Positions 14,250 through 27,455 of a stretch of DNA of 64,000 nucleotides are shown here, one piece after another (positions within the stretch are counted from its first letter, which is position 1; each line of letters opens with the position of its first letter). The DNA comes from Ruditapes philippinarum. Taxonomy: Eukaryota. The translations under genes and the position numbers were made by a program. The stretch is from positions 1 through 64,000 of the forward strand of contig NW_026852876.1 in NCBI RefSeq assembly GCF_026571515.1. Direction: 5' to 3'. The notes under the pieces are model-generated. The model saw only the letters and a program-made list of their open reading frames with translations. It was not told the DNA's origin and searched no databases.

Positions 14250-15618
14250 CCTAAAATGTGTTTTGTCTTATACACATATGAATAGCTTTTTCAATTCAAC
14301 ACTTACTGAAAAATGAACAAAAACCATTTAAAATGACAGACAATATAGTTTAAATTAGTTTCTAACAAACCATGACATAGACAAGCCCAAAGTTTTCATA
14401 TCAGATACCCAATATTGAATAAAATAAGCCACATCACAAAGTGCCAAGATGGCCCTATAAATTCACTCACCTGAGGTCCACTGTCACACAATCTATAAAT
14501 TTATGAGAATATATATAATAAATAATAATAATATATATAATTAATTATATAAATTTATTAAATATATATACAAGAGCCATGTTTTGTTACACATTGATTA
14601 ATCCCCCTGCCAGGAAGACGTTACCTGCAGTTTGTACTTTCATATATTTTACTTGAATCCTTAAAAAGCAGTACAGTTATGGTCATCTTGAGTACAGTTT
14701 TCAAGACAGTGGGAAAAGATGACAATGCAGTTTTAAGAGAACTTTAAATTGCTCTTATGCAGTTTGAAGAAAATCCCTTCAAAAAAAGTAAGGTACATAA
14801 TTGTTCTTGAACACTACCAATCATCTAAATCAGTGTTTTAAGTTTGAAGAAAATCACTCAAGTTCTTTTGGAGTTATGCTTTGGACAAAGTTTTTTCATG
14901 TAAATCTGCTAAAGGGGAATAACTCAAAATGTAGCAGATAAATATGAGTAATTTGACTAATAAAAGATATTCATTATTGTTTAAGGTTATATTTATTATA
15001 ACAAGACATGCCCATGGTCAGAATGTTGAGCCCGCTCCTCTTGATTCAAACCTGAACCTTTAAGCGAAAGATGTCTACATAGGTGAGATGTGCGCCACAC
15101 ATCCTATCTTTACCCAAAGCAAAATCTTGACATTGCATCATCTTAGAAGACCTCTGACCCTGTGACCTTGTTCATGTGCATGACACAACGTCTCATGATG
15201 AACAGTTGTGCCTAAAAGAGTTGAAATGCACACACAAACACTGAACAGCCATTTTGACAACTATGTCCAGCTCAGCACAAGCAGGTTTGACAAAAATCCT
15301 CGGACCACTAAATAGAATGCTTCAAAGTATAAGCATGATAAAGTGCAAACAAACAAATTTTGATATTTTTATTTGACCTCTGACCTCTTGTGACCTTGAT
15401 TTTCATAACAAAATTATATTCAAACCTTAATTTAAAACAAACGCACATTTCTCTGTCACCTAAACATGTAATAAAGATACAATAGATGTAACTGTATTGG
15501 AAATTTACAAATATCATATCAAAAATCGACATTCTACCTCTATATTTATATTGTTATAGAAAATATTTTGACAATAAAGTTGAAATAGAATCAAATTGTC
15601 AGCATCCTTCATTCTACC

Positions 15619-18287
15619 ATGGTTGATGATTCTCTGTCTACTAATACATCATCTCCCCCTCCTGGTACATTTCACCTTGATCTCAGCCTGTCAGTTGTAG
15701 ATGACAATGTATCCACTGTGTCTGACTCCAACAACACTCCCTTTGATGTAACAAGAGCTGATCCCCCTAATACTACAGCGTTTATGAATCGGTATGTAAT
15801 GATTTTCATTTTAAAAGTGGAGGTCAAACGTGATGTAAGTTTACAAAAAAAATAAATAAAATATTCAGTCTTTAGTTAACTGTAAAAAGTAAAAGTAAAA
15901 TAATAAACAAAATTATGAATTGTTAATGATGGATCTAGAAAAAAATTCTTTACAACTAATTAAGTTACTTATATTACAATACAAATCTGGTATGTCATTT
16001 TTGCACACATGTACTATAACAATGGTTTCATTTTACAAGGTTTGAAATAATTATAATAATCAATTGTCTTTATATTGTGTCATACTTATGTGCAATTGTA
16101 GGTGAAAGTAGAAGCCCTGAGAGATGTTCATTCAGAGACAACAGGCTTTGTAAATCGCCAACTGTTATCCCGCTTTGGACCAGAGAAGGACCTTGTAAAA
16201 CTGAAAACCTCTTCATTGGTCAGGACAATGGACCGTGCAAGAAAGAATCAACGCCCTTCTGAACCCAAACCAGACAATCTGTTGGACTTTGAGGTAAATT
16301 GTTATATATATTGACATTCTTCATTTAAATGCAATGTATTAAGCAGGGATCGTGGGTGCGAGCCCCACCAGGGTCACGACCATGTTTCCTCATAAGACAC
16401 TCGAATTCGCAAGTGATTCAAATAAGTTGCAAGCTTTCTTACAATCGAGCTAAACAAATAATGTTTAAATTAAGTAATAGAGAACTCAATGAAAATGAAT
16501 AATAATGATATAACTGGCAGAGAGAATGACTATTATTTCTCTCAATGTGCCAATATAGAAAAAAAGACTAATTTACAAAAGTATAGTTTTATAACCATAT
16601 GAAAATAAATGTATTATTTTTAATAACAGATTGACACCAAATTCTTAGATGAAGGCTTCTACAAAGGTGATGTCTGTGTGGCAGGTGCTCGTCACCTCAT
16701 CTTTGCCACAAACAGCCAACTCTAGTTGCTACAACGATCAAGAAAATGGTATCTAGATGGTACTTTCAGAGTTGTCAATAAGCCATTTGTGCAGCTATGG
16801 GGCATTCATGCATTTGTACAGCAAGGGCAGTCAGCAAAGCAGGTACCCTTGGCAAGGCGTCGGAAACAGGACTATGTTGCTGTAAGTTTAGTTTCTTTTT
16901 TTCAGTATTTAATATTATATATGCATGAGTGGACATTCTGACAATTGGAATATGAGTTTCAGACTTTAATATACATATACATATTAATTAAACCAAAAAT
17001 TAAACTTCAACTTCATTTCTCATGCATTTAATGTAATATTGATTCTTCTACATATTCCATTTCATTGCAGGTCTTAGAAAAAATCCTGGAACTATTAGAT
17101 GAGGCTACTTCTGTTGAGTGCTTTACAATATGGACTTTGAAATTGGTAATTTTTCACTATATTTAATTAATAACTTAAGTTAATCATTAAACTTTATTTT
17201 ATAACTCATCATTCATAATTCTAAATTTCTATTTAAATATTCTTTAAATATATAAACATTCCATAAATTCACATATTGCTTTTTTCATACACAACAAATA
17301 AATATAAATAATATAAATGATGTACAAACTTTGTTCATTTCTGTGATAACTTATTCATTCCGATAGCATATTTGTTTTTTCATTATTTCGGGTCTCTGGC
17401 AAGCCCTGCGTCAGATTTTTCCGAGTGCAGCACTTAGGGGGTGTTCCTTTCACTGGGCTCAAGCTGTACAGCGACGTGTTCAGGAATTGGGGCTCAGCGC
17501 AACTTACAGGGAACGAGGGACTGTACACACCCTGATTAGAAAACTGCTGGCACTACCATTCATGCCTGGACAACACATCAGCAGGGCCTTCAACAGACTA
17601 CGCCAGAGGGCAGACACCAGCAGTAAGCCAGTTGCTGATCTCTTCACTTACATTAATGATCAGTGGATTGAAAGAAGTCTCTGGTCACCAGAAGAATGGT
17701 CAGTGTACCGACAGCCGGTTAGAACCAATAACGATACTGAGGGTAAGGAAATTATTATATATAAACCTTACAGTTCTTTCAACACAAATACATTGTATGA
17801 CATTGAGCAGAAAAAAATTCTTGTTCATATTTATTATTAAGTATGTATAAGTGAAGTGTATTCATATGTAATTTTATTTTGTAGATGTGATGCTTAATTA
17901 TACTCATTCACTTTATAACCAAACTATCCTTGACAAACATTGTAACATATTTTATTAAATGATAGTGTTTGACAAAAATCTGATGAAAGTGTATAGTAAG
18001 CAAGTTTAATCCATGTTTCAGGTTATCACAGAGCACTCAACAACAAAGCTGGTTGTGGCAAGCTGGCATTTTATGTCTTGATACCTCTCCTTCACCAAGA
18101 AGCGAAAATGGTGGATTATACCGTTAACCTGGTTGCCCAAGAGATTATTGTGCGTATACGAAGACAGATTTATAAGTCAATGGATCAGGACATTTTTTCC
18201 TTATGGGATTTGTATGATGAGCATGAGCTCAGAGCCGAGGAATTCCTTGAGCAAGTGGGGGAAATATATGGACGAATTGTTAAGTGA
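15619..18287 (+). pseudogene. Intron-containing Mutator (MULE) transposase, inactivated
   Basis: Exons ~15619-15791, 16102-16293, 16630-16881, 17071-17145, ~17391-17742, 18022-18287. They encode WYLDGTF (first D), DFE (second D), GCSFH (CxxH) and RTNNDTEG (E). Lesions: TAG at 16723-16725, a frameshift near 17130, a mutated acceptor at ~17390 and a short deletion after KQVPL. Confidence 0.85.
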
Positions 18288-18740
18288 AGTGATAACTAAT
18301 GATTAGATACATTCCTGGCAGAGACATGTAATATTCCCAAACCCAAATGATACTAATCCCCATTATATGTGATAATGACATTAAAAGACAATCATGCAAT
18401 ATTCCCAAATGTCCCGATTATACTTAAATGACATAAAATGACATTTTGAAGTCTTACAATATTCCCAAAAAGAAATGATACAATGTACTTCTTCTCCATG
18501 ACATTTTGTTGAAGTGACAATCAAGCAATGATAAGGTGATAAGGATAATTAAACAGTTGTACATGTTTGCATAGAAATATCAAGATTATTATGGGCATTT
18601 CCCTCAATATAAATTATGTGCTATTTGATTTGATCATGGTATATGTACTGTTATGTTTTGTAAATATGACATAATAAATAAATAAATAAATATACCGACT
18701 TTTTTAATCTTTTTTACCCATAAACATGATTATCATTTAT

Positions 18741-18847
18741 GAGGGGTGAATTGTCTTATCTATTTTGAGGGGTGAACTGTCTTGAGGGGTGAGTTGTCTT
18801 GCTTTTTTGAGGGGTGAATCGTCTGGGGGGTGAGTTGTCTTGTTACC
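18741..18847. mobile_element. Right terminal repeat of the MULE element
   Basis: Five copies of GGGGTGA(A/G)(T/C)(T/C)GTCT ending ...GTTGTCTTGTTACC, downstream of an AATAAA cluster (~18672). No matching left TIR found. Confidence 0.65.
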
Positions 18848-20520
18848 GAAAATTTGTACCAAATTATTTTGTCTCAATCAAAAAATCAAAGAATGAGCAA
18901 GATATAGACCATACAAATCCGGATGGACGGACAGACTGACACACATACACCAATATAACGACTAAAAGTGACGACTATTTCAAGCTCACCGCAAGCGGGC
19001 TCAACAAAAATGCTGTACCCTTAGCCTAAAAGGTGTGTATAGGGCTAAGGCTAAGTAGTCGTATTTGACTCACATACGGCTAGAACTTTTGGCTAGCACT
19101 ACGGGCCAGCAAATTATTTATAATACACCAATTGACAGTCTCTATATGAACTACGTAAATTATAAATAACAGAGGTATATCGAGTGAAAAAACATGAGTT
19201 GTTTCCCTTATCTTCGAGTAAAGTCGATATCTCTAATGCTTAATTTAGCCGTTTTTAAACTGCTAGTTTTGGGCGATTTAATATCCGTTTTTAAAATACA
19301 TATAGGATACACCAATGAAAAGCTTGTGATCTTAGTTTCATCTCAGTATATATTTCAACAAATTGTTTGACACTGAAGGTATTTAAATTTACGGTTAAAC
19401 TTAACACAAGTCAGACGATTTTACATACGTTTTATACAGTGGGATACGCAATCGTTTATCTTTAATACTCTCAATTCTACTGATAAGAATAGATTGTCGT
19501 CTGCTTGTTCGGAAACTGTCAATCCGTGTATAATACTATTGCATTCAAAAGTCTGCTCTGTTATATTTTGGAAGTCACAACCAAAATTCGAAGTATGAAT
19601 CCTTAACTTCCACTTTCTATCACACTGTTCCTAAATCCATCATTTTGCAAAAAAAATTCAGACAATTACAGACAAAAGAGAAAATGTATGCATGGCCCAG
19701 TTTACCTGCTATGAAAAAATTAGGAAAATGCGAGCCGTTTCAAATACCCCTCCCCCTCTCCCCTTTTGATCGGTGTAACAGGGGCAATGAAAAACACGGT
19801 TTGAAATCCCCCCCCCCCACAAAAATATGCACATTTTTTCAAATAGATCTAATTTCTATTTCTGTTTTAATGTTTAATGTTTTTAACAACTATTCTAAAT
19901 TTAATAAATCATACCTTCCTTTATACCTGCATTGTCATAAGTGACTAATTTGTAATAACGGCTTATTTTATTATTTTTAGAAATGTACAAATCGTTGTTT
20001 ACCATTTCGCAGATTACTCATGATCCCAATCGCATCTTCTCGGCCCTTTCCGTCAAACTTCGGATGAGAATAATAGCCGAGGTGTTCCGATTGGTCCAGC
20101 GTTCCAAAATTGCCGCATTGATCTCCCCTTACAGCATCACATTTTCGTCAAGATTTTTGACGTTATGAATTTTTACAATTTCATTTATTTAAAAACGTAA
20201 TCACTGTTTTACCATAGGTGTTCACGTTTTTACGCGTTGATTGGTCACTACCCCCCGGGCACCTCCCCTCCCCCTTACCCACTCTACAACCCTCCAACCT
20301 CTCAAAACCATGTAAACTGCAGTATTTTTCATTTGAACCATGTTTTAATATTTGGTATAAGCTTTTAATTCAATTTCCTTCTTTTCCCACAAAAAATAGA
20401 AAAATTGATACATATATATTTAGTAAAGATATGCAACTCGCCGCTCATTTTATTCACCAATTTTCAAAATCTTGGTACCAAATGGTACGTACGTAGGGAA
20501 TTTATTACTCTTAAGATATG

Positions 20521-21313
20521 TATGGTGTCATTCGTGTTTTCGCCCCGCGACTCCGCCATGCGAAAAGTCAAATCACGTTTCTAATTAGCGAGGGCGCGGA
20601 GCGAAGTTTAATGGGGGGGGGGGGGGGGGGGGGCGGAGCGAGATTTATAAATGAAATAAAACGTCGCGTTCGCGGGACGAAAACACGCTTAATAGCGGGG
20701 CGTGGGGCGAAGTTAAATAAATAGAAAAAAGAAATAAAACGGCGGGGCGCGGAACGAAACCACCCACTATTAAGCATATTTTCGTCCCGCGACAACGCCA
20801 AGCGAAAAGTCGAAAATTAACAAAATAAAATGGCAGGGCGCGGAGCGAAAAGTCGTTATGATTGGCTAGGGCGCGCGGCGAAGTTTAATAACAAAAAATT
20901 TCGCCCCGCGTGGGCGCGGAGCGAGATTATAAAAATTAAACGGCAGGGTCGCGGGACGAAAACACGCTAATTAATTAGCGGAGGCGCGGGGCGAAGTTTG
21001 ATAAATAAAACTTTGCCGCCACCCCCACTAATTACCGTGTTTTCGTCCCGCGACCCCGCCAAGCGAAAAGCCGATAATTTACAAGTTATAATGGCGGGGC
21101 GCGCGGAGCGAAAACAAGCTAATTAGCAGAAGCGCTAATCAGCGTGTTTTCGTTTCGCGCCCCCGCCGTTTTATTTCTTAAATCCCGCCCCGCGCCTCCG
21201 CTAAATAGCGTGTTTTCGCCCCGCGCCCCCGCCGTTTAAACTTGTTAATTCTCGACTTTTCGCTTGGCGGGGTCGCGGGGCGAAAACACGAATGGCAGAA
21301 AAATCACCCACCA
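20521..21313. mobile_element. CpG-rich TATGG-terminated foldback MITE, degenerate copy
   Basis: Same internal modules (GCGCGGAGCGA, CGAAAAGTCG, CGAAAACACG, AATTAGCG) and CATTCGTGTTTTCG/CGAAAACACGAATG inverted ends as 22571-23220. Termini are eroded and no clean TSD is visible. Confidence 0.7.
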
Positions 21314-21558
21314 TCTATTCTCGAAGTCACCGCAAGTGTAAGTCGACAAAGACCTGACCGCTGGGTTTTTGTCAAAATTACACGACTAAACGGCAGCTTA
21401 TTCGAAATGAATGAATATTTTTTTGTATTGCGCATAGATAAAATTATATCATTGTTTGTAATTACTGTTCAATCAAAAAATCATATGAAACTATAACGAA
21501 CCTTTTTTCCGTTTTGTCAAATTCGGAATCGTAATGCAAGTAATGGTTCTGCAGATCC

Positions 21559-22299
21559 TTCCGTCGTCCGCCCGTCCGCCCGTCCGTAAACTTTTACTGT
21601 AAACGACATCTCCTCATAAACCGCTAAGCCATTTTATCTAAACTTCACAGGAATGTCCCTTTGTTGGTCATCTTAAAATTTAATTCCATGCAAAACTCTG
21701 GTTGCCAAGGCAACCAAAAGAAAAAAACTTAAAATATCTTCTCTTAAGAAACGCAAAGAGCTATAGAGCTTAGATATTTGGCATAAAGTGTCTACCAGGT
21801 TTGTTCAAATAAAAGCCTTAGGGTCAAAATTGGCCCCGTCCCAGGATGTCATTGATTTCCCTATATGTATATAGTAAAAACTTAAAAAAATATTCTTTAA
21901 AAAAAAACCAAAAGAGCTAGAGCTTAGATATTTAGCATGAAACATCTTGTAGTGAGTGTCTACCAAGTTTGTTCAAATGAAAGCCCTGGGGTCAAAATTG
22001 GCCCTGCCCAGGGGTCATTAATTTTCCTATATATATTTATAAAAACAAAAAAGGGCTTCTTTAAAAAAAACAAAGAGCTAGAGCTTACATGTTTTGCATG
22101 AAACATCTCCTAGTGAGTGTCTACTAATTTGTTAAAAAAAGCATTGGGGTCAAAATTGGCCCGCTTCAATTGATTTTCATTATATGCATATACAAATGTA
22201 GTAACAACAAAAATGTCCTTTTAAAAAACCAAAATTAATTAAATTAATTGAGTACTCTGACTCAGGTGAGCGATTTAGGGCCATCATGGCCTTCTTGTT
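21559..22299 (-). mobile_element. Helentron-like non-autonomous element with ~160-bp repeats
   Basis: Reverse-orientation end (CAGGTGAGCGATTTAGGGCCATCATGGCCTTCTTGTT) related to the 10354 element; three units (AAAGAGCTA at ~21755, 21911, 22072); CCGT microsatellite. Confidence 0.7.
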
Positions 22300-22570
22300 T
22301 GTTCTTTCCGTCAATCTTTGGATATATCACGGACTTTAATCGACAAATGATCAACATTTCAATGATAAAAAATGACAATTTTCTTTTTTCAGAACGTTAC
22401 AAAACAATACAGAACATTACATAAATTTTATACAAACAAATACTTGTACAAAACACACTTTCTTATTAAACTATTCGATAAGTAATTAAAGTTGCAAAAA
22501 TTTTAACCAATTTAAAACAGTAGGGCTACATGTATAAATTTAAAACATTGTCTTTTAACATGCACATACA

Positions 22571-23220
22571 TATGGTGGCTGATTTGTGCCATTTGTGTTC
22601 TCGCGCCGCGACCCCGCCAAGCGAAAAGTCGAAAATCAACAAGTTAAAATGGCGAGGGCCGCGGAGCGAGCTTTAAGAAATAAAACGACGGGGGCGTGGA
22701 GCGAAAACACCCTTATTAGCAAGCGCGCCCTCGCTATTAAGCGTGTTTTCATCCCGCGACCCCGCCAAGCAAAAACTCGACAATTTAATAACAAGTTATA
22801 ATGGCGGGGGCGCGGAGCGAAAACAGGCTAATTACTAGTAGCTAGGACGGGAGGCGAAATTTGTATAAATAAAACTTCGCCCCGCGGGGGCGCGGAGCGA
22901 GATTTAAAAAATAAAACGGCATGGTCGCGGGATGAAAACGCGTTTATTAGCGGGGCTCGGGGCGAAGTTTATTAAATAAAACTTCGCCCCCGTTAATGAA
23001 AGTGACCCCGCCAAGCGAAAAGTCGAGAATTAACAAGTTATAATGGCAGGGCGCGGAGGAAAACAGGCTAATTAGCGAGGGCGCGGGGCTGAGTTTTTAT
23101 AAATAAAACTAATTAGCGGGTTTTCGCTCCGCGCCCCCGCCATTTTAACTTGTTAATTCTCGACTTTTCGCTTGGCGGGTCACGGGGGGAAAACACGAAT
23201 GGCACAAATCAGCCACCATA
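22571..23220. mobile_element. IS3EU-like MITE (TATGG...CCATA termini, 6-bp TSD CATACA)
   Basis: TIR TATGGTGGCTGATTTGTGCCATT / AATGGCACAAATCAGCCACCATA; CATACA at 22565-22570 and 23221-23226. Superfamily assigned from the TAY..RTA termini plus 6-bp TSD signature. Confidence 0.8.
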
Positions 23221-23238
23221 CATACAACATATTGTTAT

Positions 23239-24966
23239 TAGTCGCCGGTAGAAACCGGCGACTATATTTGTAACAGTTTAATATTATATCTATGGTAGGA
23301 GAAGGCCTTAAAATCTGAATATAAAAACAAACTTATTACTGAACAATAAAGGACCACAATTATTTTTCATGATCTTAAAAATTCAAACATAACGTAAGGT
23401 TGCTAAATGAAATGAAATAAACAGATATTGACATCTTAAAAAGCAGCATTACAATTTTCACGAAATGAATTAATAACGTATCCCTATGGACCAGTCATTG
23501 AATTTAGGGATACTTTTACTTTTTTTCTAAGTGTCAAGCGTTGCTATTTTATGATTGATAAATCATGAATGATATTTGAAATGACACATTTAAATTATTT
23601 ATCTTTTTAAATTTATATCTTATGAGACCTATTATATTTCATTATTTTATCTAATTATAAACAGATTCTCCCTGTTCAATTGTAAGAATCACATGACTAC
23701 ACGTTGTATGTCAATGTTATAGAATCTATTAATAGTAACAGATTGCTGATAAGACATATGTAAGTATCTTGTGATTAGTTGGAAAACGGTATGGCGTCTG
23801 ATTAGATGCATATGTATAAATAATTACAAAGCTATTTTTGATTAATCAGTTTCATATTTTATATCATTAGAAAGGTTTGTATACAATGTACTCATAATAT
23901 TTGCACATTAAAGAATTAAATAAGTTTTCAAAACCTTTTCATTTTTTCTTGGTAAAGGGTTAAACTTGGCCCTTTCTGTCAACGTTCAATAGTTTAGTTT
24001 AGAAAATAGATTAATGCGAAAGAGGCACATTTATTGAAATAAAGAAAAGGTTATCGTCGTCTTCGTTATATATTCGTTATAACGGTATGACGGATGAATT
24101 AGATACATAATTAAGAAAACAAATAAAATATCTTTCTGTTAATATTTTATCGAACTGAAAGGCAATTAAACGTTAACTATATCGTATGTAACAACAGGAA
24201 TATTGATTTCAACTAAATAATTTATTTTTTCGATAGCGCAAAAAAAAAAAAAATGCAGATACCACTTTTACGGTAGAATTGCATTGTTTCATGCAATAAT
24301 TAAACAAATATTCGATGACCGTTGATTTTTTTGCAATAATTATTGGATTCTGAACTATACAAAACGGATTTAGATGTCTGGTATAACGGTATATGTATAA
24401 AGGTAGAATTACAAGTAGAATTACATAAATATCACTCGCCTTACAAAATAAATCAAAATTATGAAATAAAAAAAAATGCTAGAAATGAAACACGATTTAT
24501 CAACGTATGTTTCATATAATTAACAGGAGTAATAAAAAAATAGTTTAACGAAAACTGCAAAAGGGATTTTCAAAGATTCGAACTTGGCCTACTAGGTCTC
24601 AACTTCATCCTACTTACCACCTTTTAGGCCATCAAGCAAAATTAATTGATTTAATATCGAGATATATACTATCAATAAAATCTTTAGCATAAATAAGTTA
24701 CGTAAACTAACGAAACACCTCGTCTCAGGCTAATATTGCCAGACTTTACTTGCTTATTTAATAATCATTGCAGTTCCTTGACAATATTGCTAAGCAAGTT
24801 TGATTTATATATGATGCTTTATTGTAAATAAACAGTCACTCAACATATTGTTCCTCTTTTCTGTATACTTGAACCATTAATTAAACTGATATTTTCTTAT
24901 ATTTATGATAATGCAGTCATTTTCTATCCGGCGACTTGATGCTTTAGCATCAAAATCTCTACTTGT
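23239..24966 (-). mobile_element. Helentron-like non-autonomous element
   Basis: Hairpin TAGTCGCCGGT-AGAA-ACCGGCGACTA at 23239-23264; matching subterminal CCGGCGACT plus TGATGCT-TT-AGCATCA palindrome and ACTTGT end at ~24928-24966. Confidence 0.55.
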
Positions 24967-25487
24967 CCAATACTGATACTATGCAAGCAATGAGTCTCAA
25001 GGTAACCACGACTTGCCGATCAAAAGAAATTGTGTACGTAAATTTTATGACAACTACCTTTGGTACCCTTGTTGCTGGAACCGAAATGAATAAACCAGTA
25101 CTAGCTAGTATATAAAGCAAACCAGGCTGAACATCAGTGCAGTCTGTTCAGTTTTCTACATAAAGCACATATGTAGTTAAATTACAAACTTTTTAAAAAC
25201 AGAAAGATATTAGTCCCAGTTCAGATTGATAACTGACAATTCCAAAAAGACAAAAAACAACACAAAAAACTTGAAAAGTCCATTTTACAAATTTAGTATG
25301 TTAAGGATTAAGCTTGGAAGTCTGTACATGTATAGTACTTGTTGCTTGTTTCATCACTGTCGGCAATATTTTTTTTCTTTCAGCCCATCGCATCCTATTG
25401 GCAAATATCTACATTACTCTTACAAACTTCAAAGGCATTTTACTCCTATTTACTTCCCTTGCATTTCAATATTGATATATCGTCAGC

Positions 25488-25549
25488 TTAGTGCAGTAAC
25501 GGGTTAAGTCCTTCTAAATCGGATAGGAGTTAACCAGTTATTGCACAAA
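25488..25549. repeat. ~62-bp palindromic mini-element, copy 3
   Basis: TTAGTGCAGTAACGGGTTAA...TTAACCAGTTATTGCAC, homologous to 3897-3959. Confidence 0.75.
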
Positions 25550-25889
25550 TACATATGGCTCCGAATTGTGCTTTTTAAATTAAACGAACGATTTTTTTAT
25601 TGCACCGACCAATCAGCGCTTAAAAGATCTAAAATGCTTCAATCAGGCATTAATTTAAGGCATTCGTGATTATCACTGTGCACTCGAACCCGTGCCGCAT
25701 ACCGACCCTAAACAACACTTGCAAGATAGATATCTATCTCATGAACAATTATATAATAATTGTACAAATTATACAAAATAAATATAAACAACATCTTATC
25801 TTAAAGACTTTGTATACAGATGAATTTCTTACTACTAAATTGATGAATTCAATTTGATCTCCAGATGTGTTTATTACAGATCCTGCTCA

Positions 25890-26105
25890 TTTGTATGGGG
25901 AACCCACATCTAGAATGTATCTGGGTGGTGAATTCACACATAGAATGTATCTGGGTGGTGAATTCACACATAGAATGTATCTGGGTGGTGAATTCACACA
26001 TAGAATGTATCTGGGTGGTGAATTCACACATAGAATGTATTTGGGTTGGGAATCCACACATACAATGTATCTCTGCTGTGAAACCACACATAAAAAGCAT
26101 TTGGT
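25890..26105. repeat. 30-bp minisatellite
   Basis: Unit CATAGAATGTATCTGGGTGGTGAATTCACA; four essentially identical central copies with diverged flanking copies. Confidence 0.95.
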
Positions 26106-27455
26106 TGACGGTTTGTAATACTGAAATGAGCGACTCTAAACTTTATCCCATAAAATGCTGTTATATTTAAAAAGTTATGGAAGGAACTAAAAACTTGATT
26201 GAATTTTGTTTTTGTCCCATGCAGATCACAAAACTTGTGACAAAAGTCACGTGGTATAGACACCGTGATATGCAATTTAAGGGCTGGCTATTCCCATTGT
26301 TAAACGAAAATTTCTGTTTTATATCATGTTAATCGTTCCGACAATTTTGAAGTTTTGTTGATCAAAGAATATGTTCTAAATGCGCTAAACGATTGTTCTT
26401 TTGATGTTAAACGCATGCTTTTATTACCTATCTCAAATTAAAAAAAAAGTTCATATACTTATGTCATTCATTATCTGCTATTTGCTTGTACTTTAAATGA
26501 CATTATGCTATAAGAGTGAATTGGTCTATGGTGAAAGTTTTGTAATACATGTACCATAAATAATGATCTTGGTGGTAATTTGTATCATATACGTAACACA
26601 CCACAAACGAATTATATATGGATATTGTTGGTATGGAGATTTAGGAGCCGGTATTAATACCAAGGTATAGCCGATAATCAGTTTAAACTTTATTTTATGC
26701 TAATCCGTCATATTTTTACTTTTGTGACGTGGCTTCTAATAAAAGCGTCCATTGCTGCGTTGTTGATGATATTGTTGTTGTTGTTGTTGTTCTAGAACAA
26801 AACAATACTTTTCATCATACAAATTTCATACCAAAACACTAAGGACTCTATCTATATAAAATTACATTAATTTTGGTTTTATCACTATTTGAAACACTTT
26901 TGGGAATTGTGCCCCCACCATTCACACCCTTGTATTCCTTGTAGCAGAGAGGTCGCCTTAAAAATTCAGAATTGCATCCGCCGTTTATCGCTGCGGGATC
27001 GTAAGAGGCGACTAAATGGGTTCGAACTATTAGTCTGTGCATGTCTAAGATCCTGCAGTTGAGGTAGTTTCGACCCCTGGTGTTGCTTGAAGTATGTAAC
27101 ATCCGAGGTTCGCTAAAATCATCTTTCCTGTTTCAGTGCTATATGGACTAAATTGTGTTGGTAGGCCGTAAAACCAAACCAAATTAACAAAACGAAACGA
27201 AAATGTGAGCATTGTAGACCAATCCACTTTACATGCGTGTTTTGCTTGGGTTTGATTATACTATATGAATTGATATGGTTATACATCTTTATGTTATATA
27301 TTTGATATGTAGCTATATGTGTATTAGTTTGATATAATGATTTAAATGTTACTATGATCACTATAATACAGTGAATATTGTGATGTTATTACCTTGTTAT
27401 GTGACGTTGATATATAAGTGAAAGATACGAGTCACGTTGTTGGATTACTTCTTAA

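Noticed and set aside
20518-22801. Arg/Gly/Pro-rich short ORFs
   Set aside because: They arise from GC-rich repeat modules and a poly-G run; no recognisable domain.
25849-26170. Overlapping repetitive ORFs
   Set aside because: By-products of the 30-bp minisatellite; no domain or splice support.
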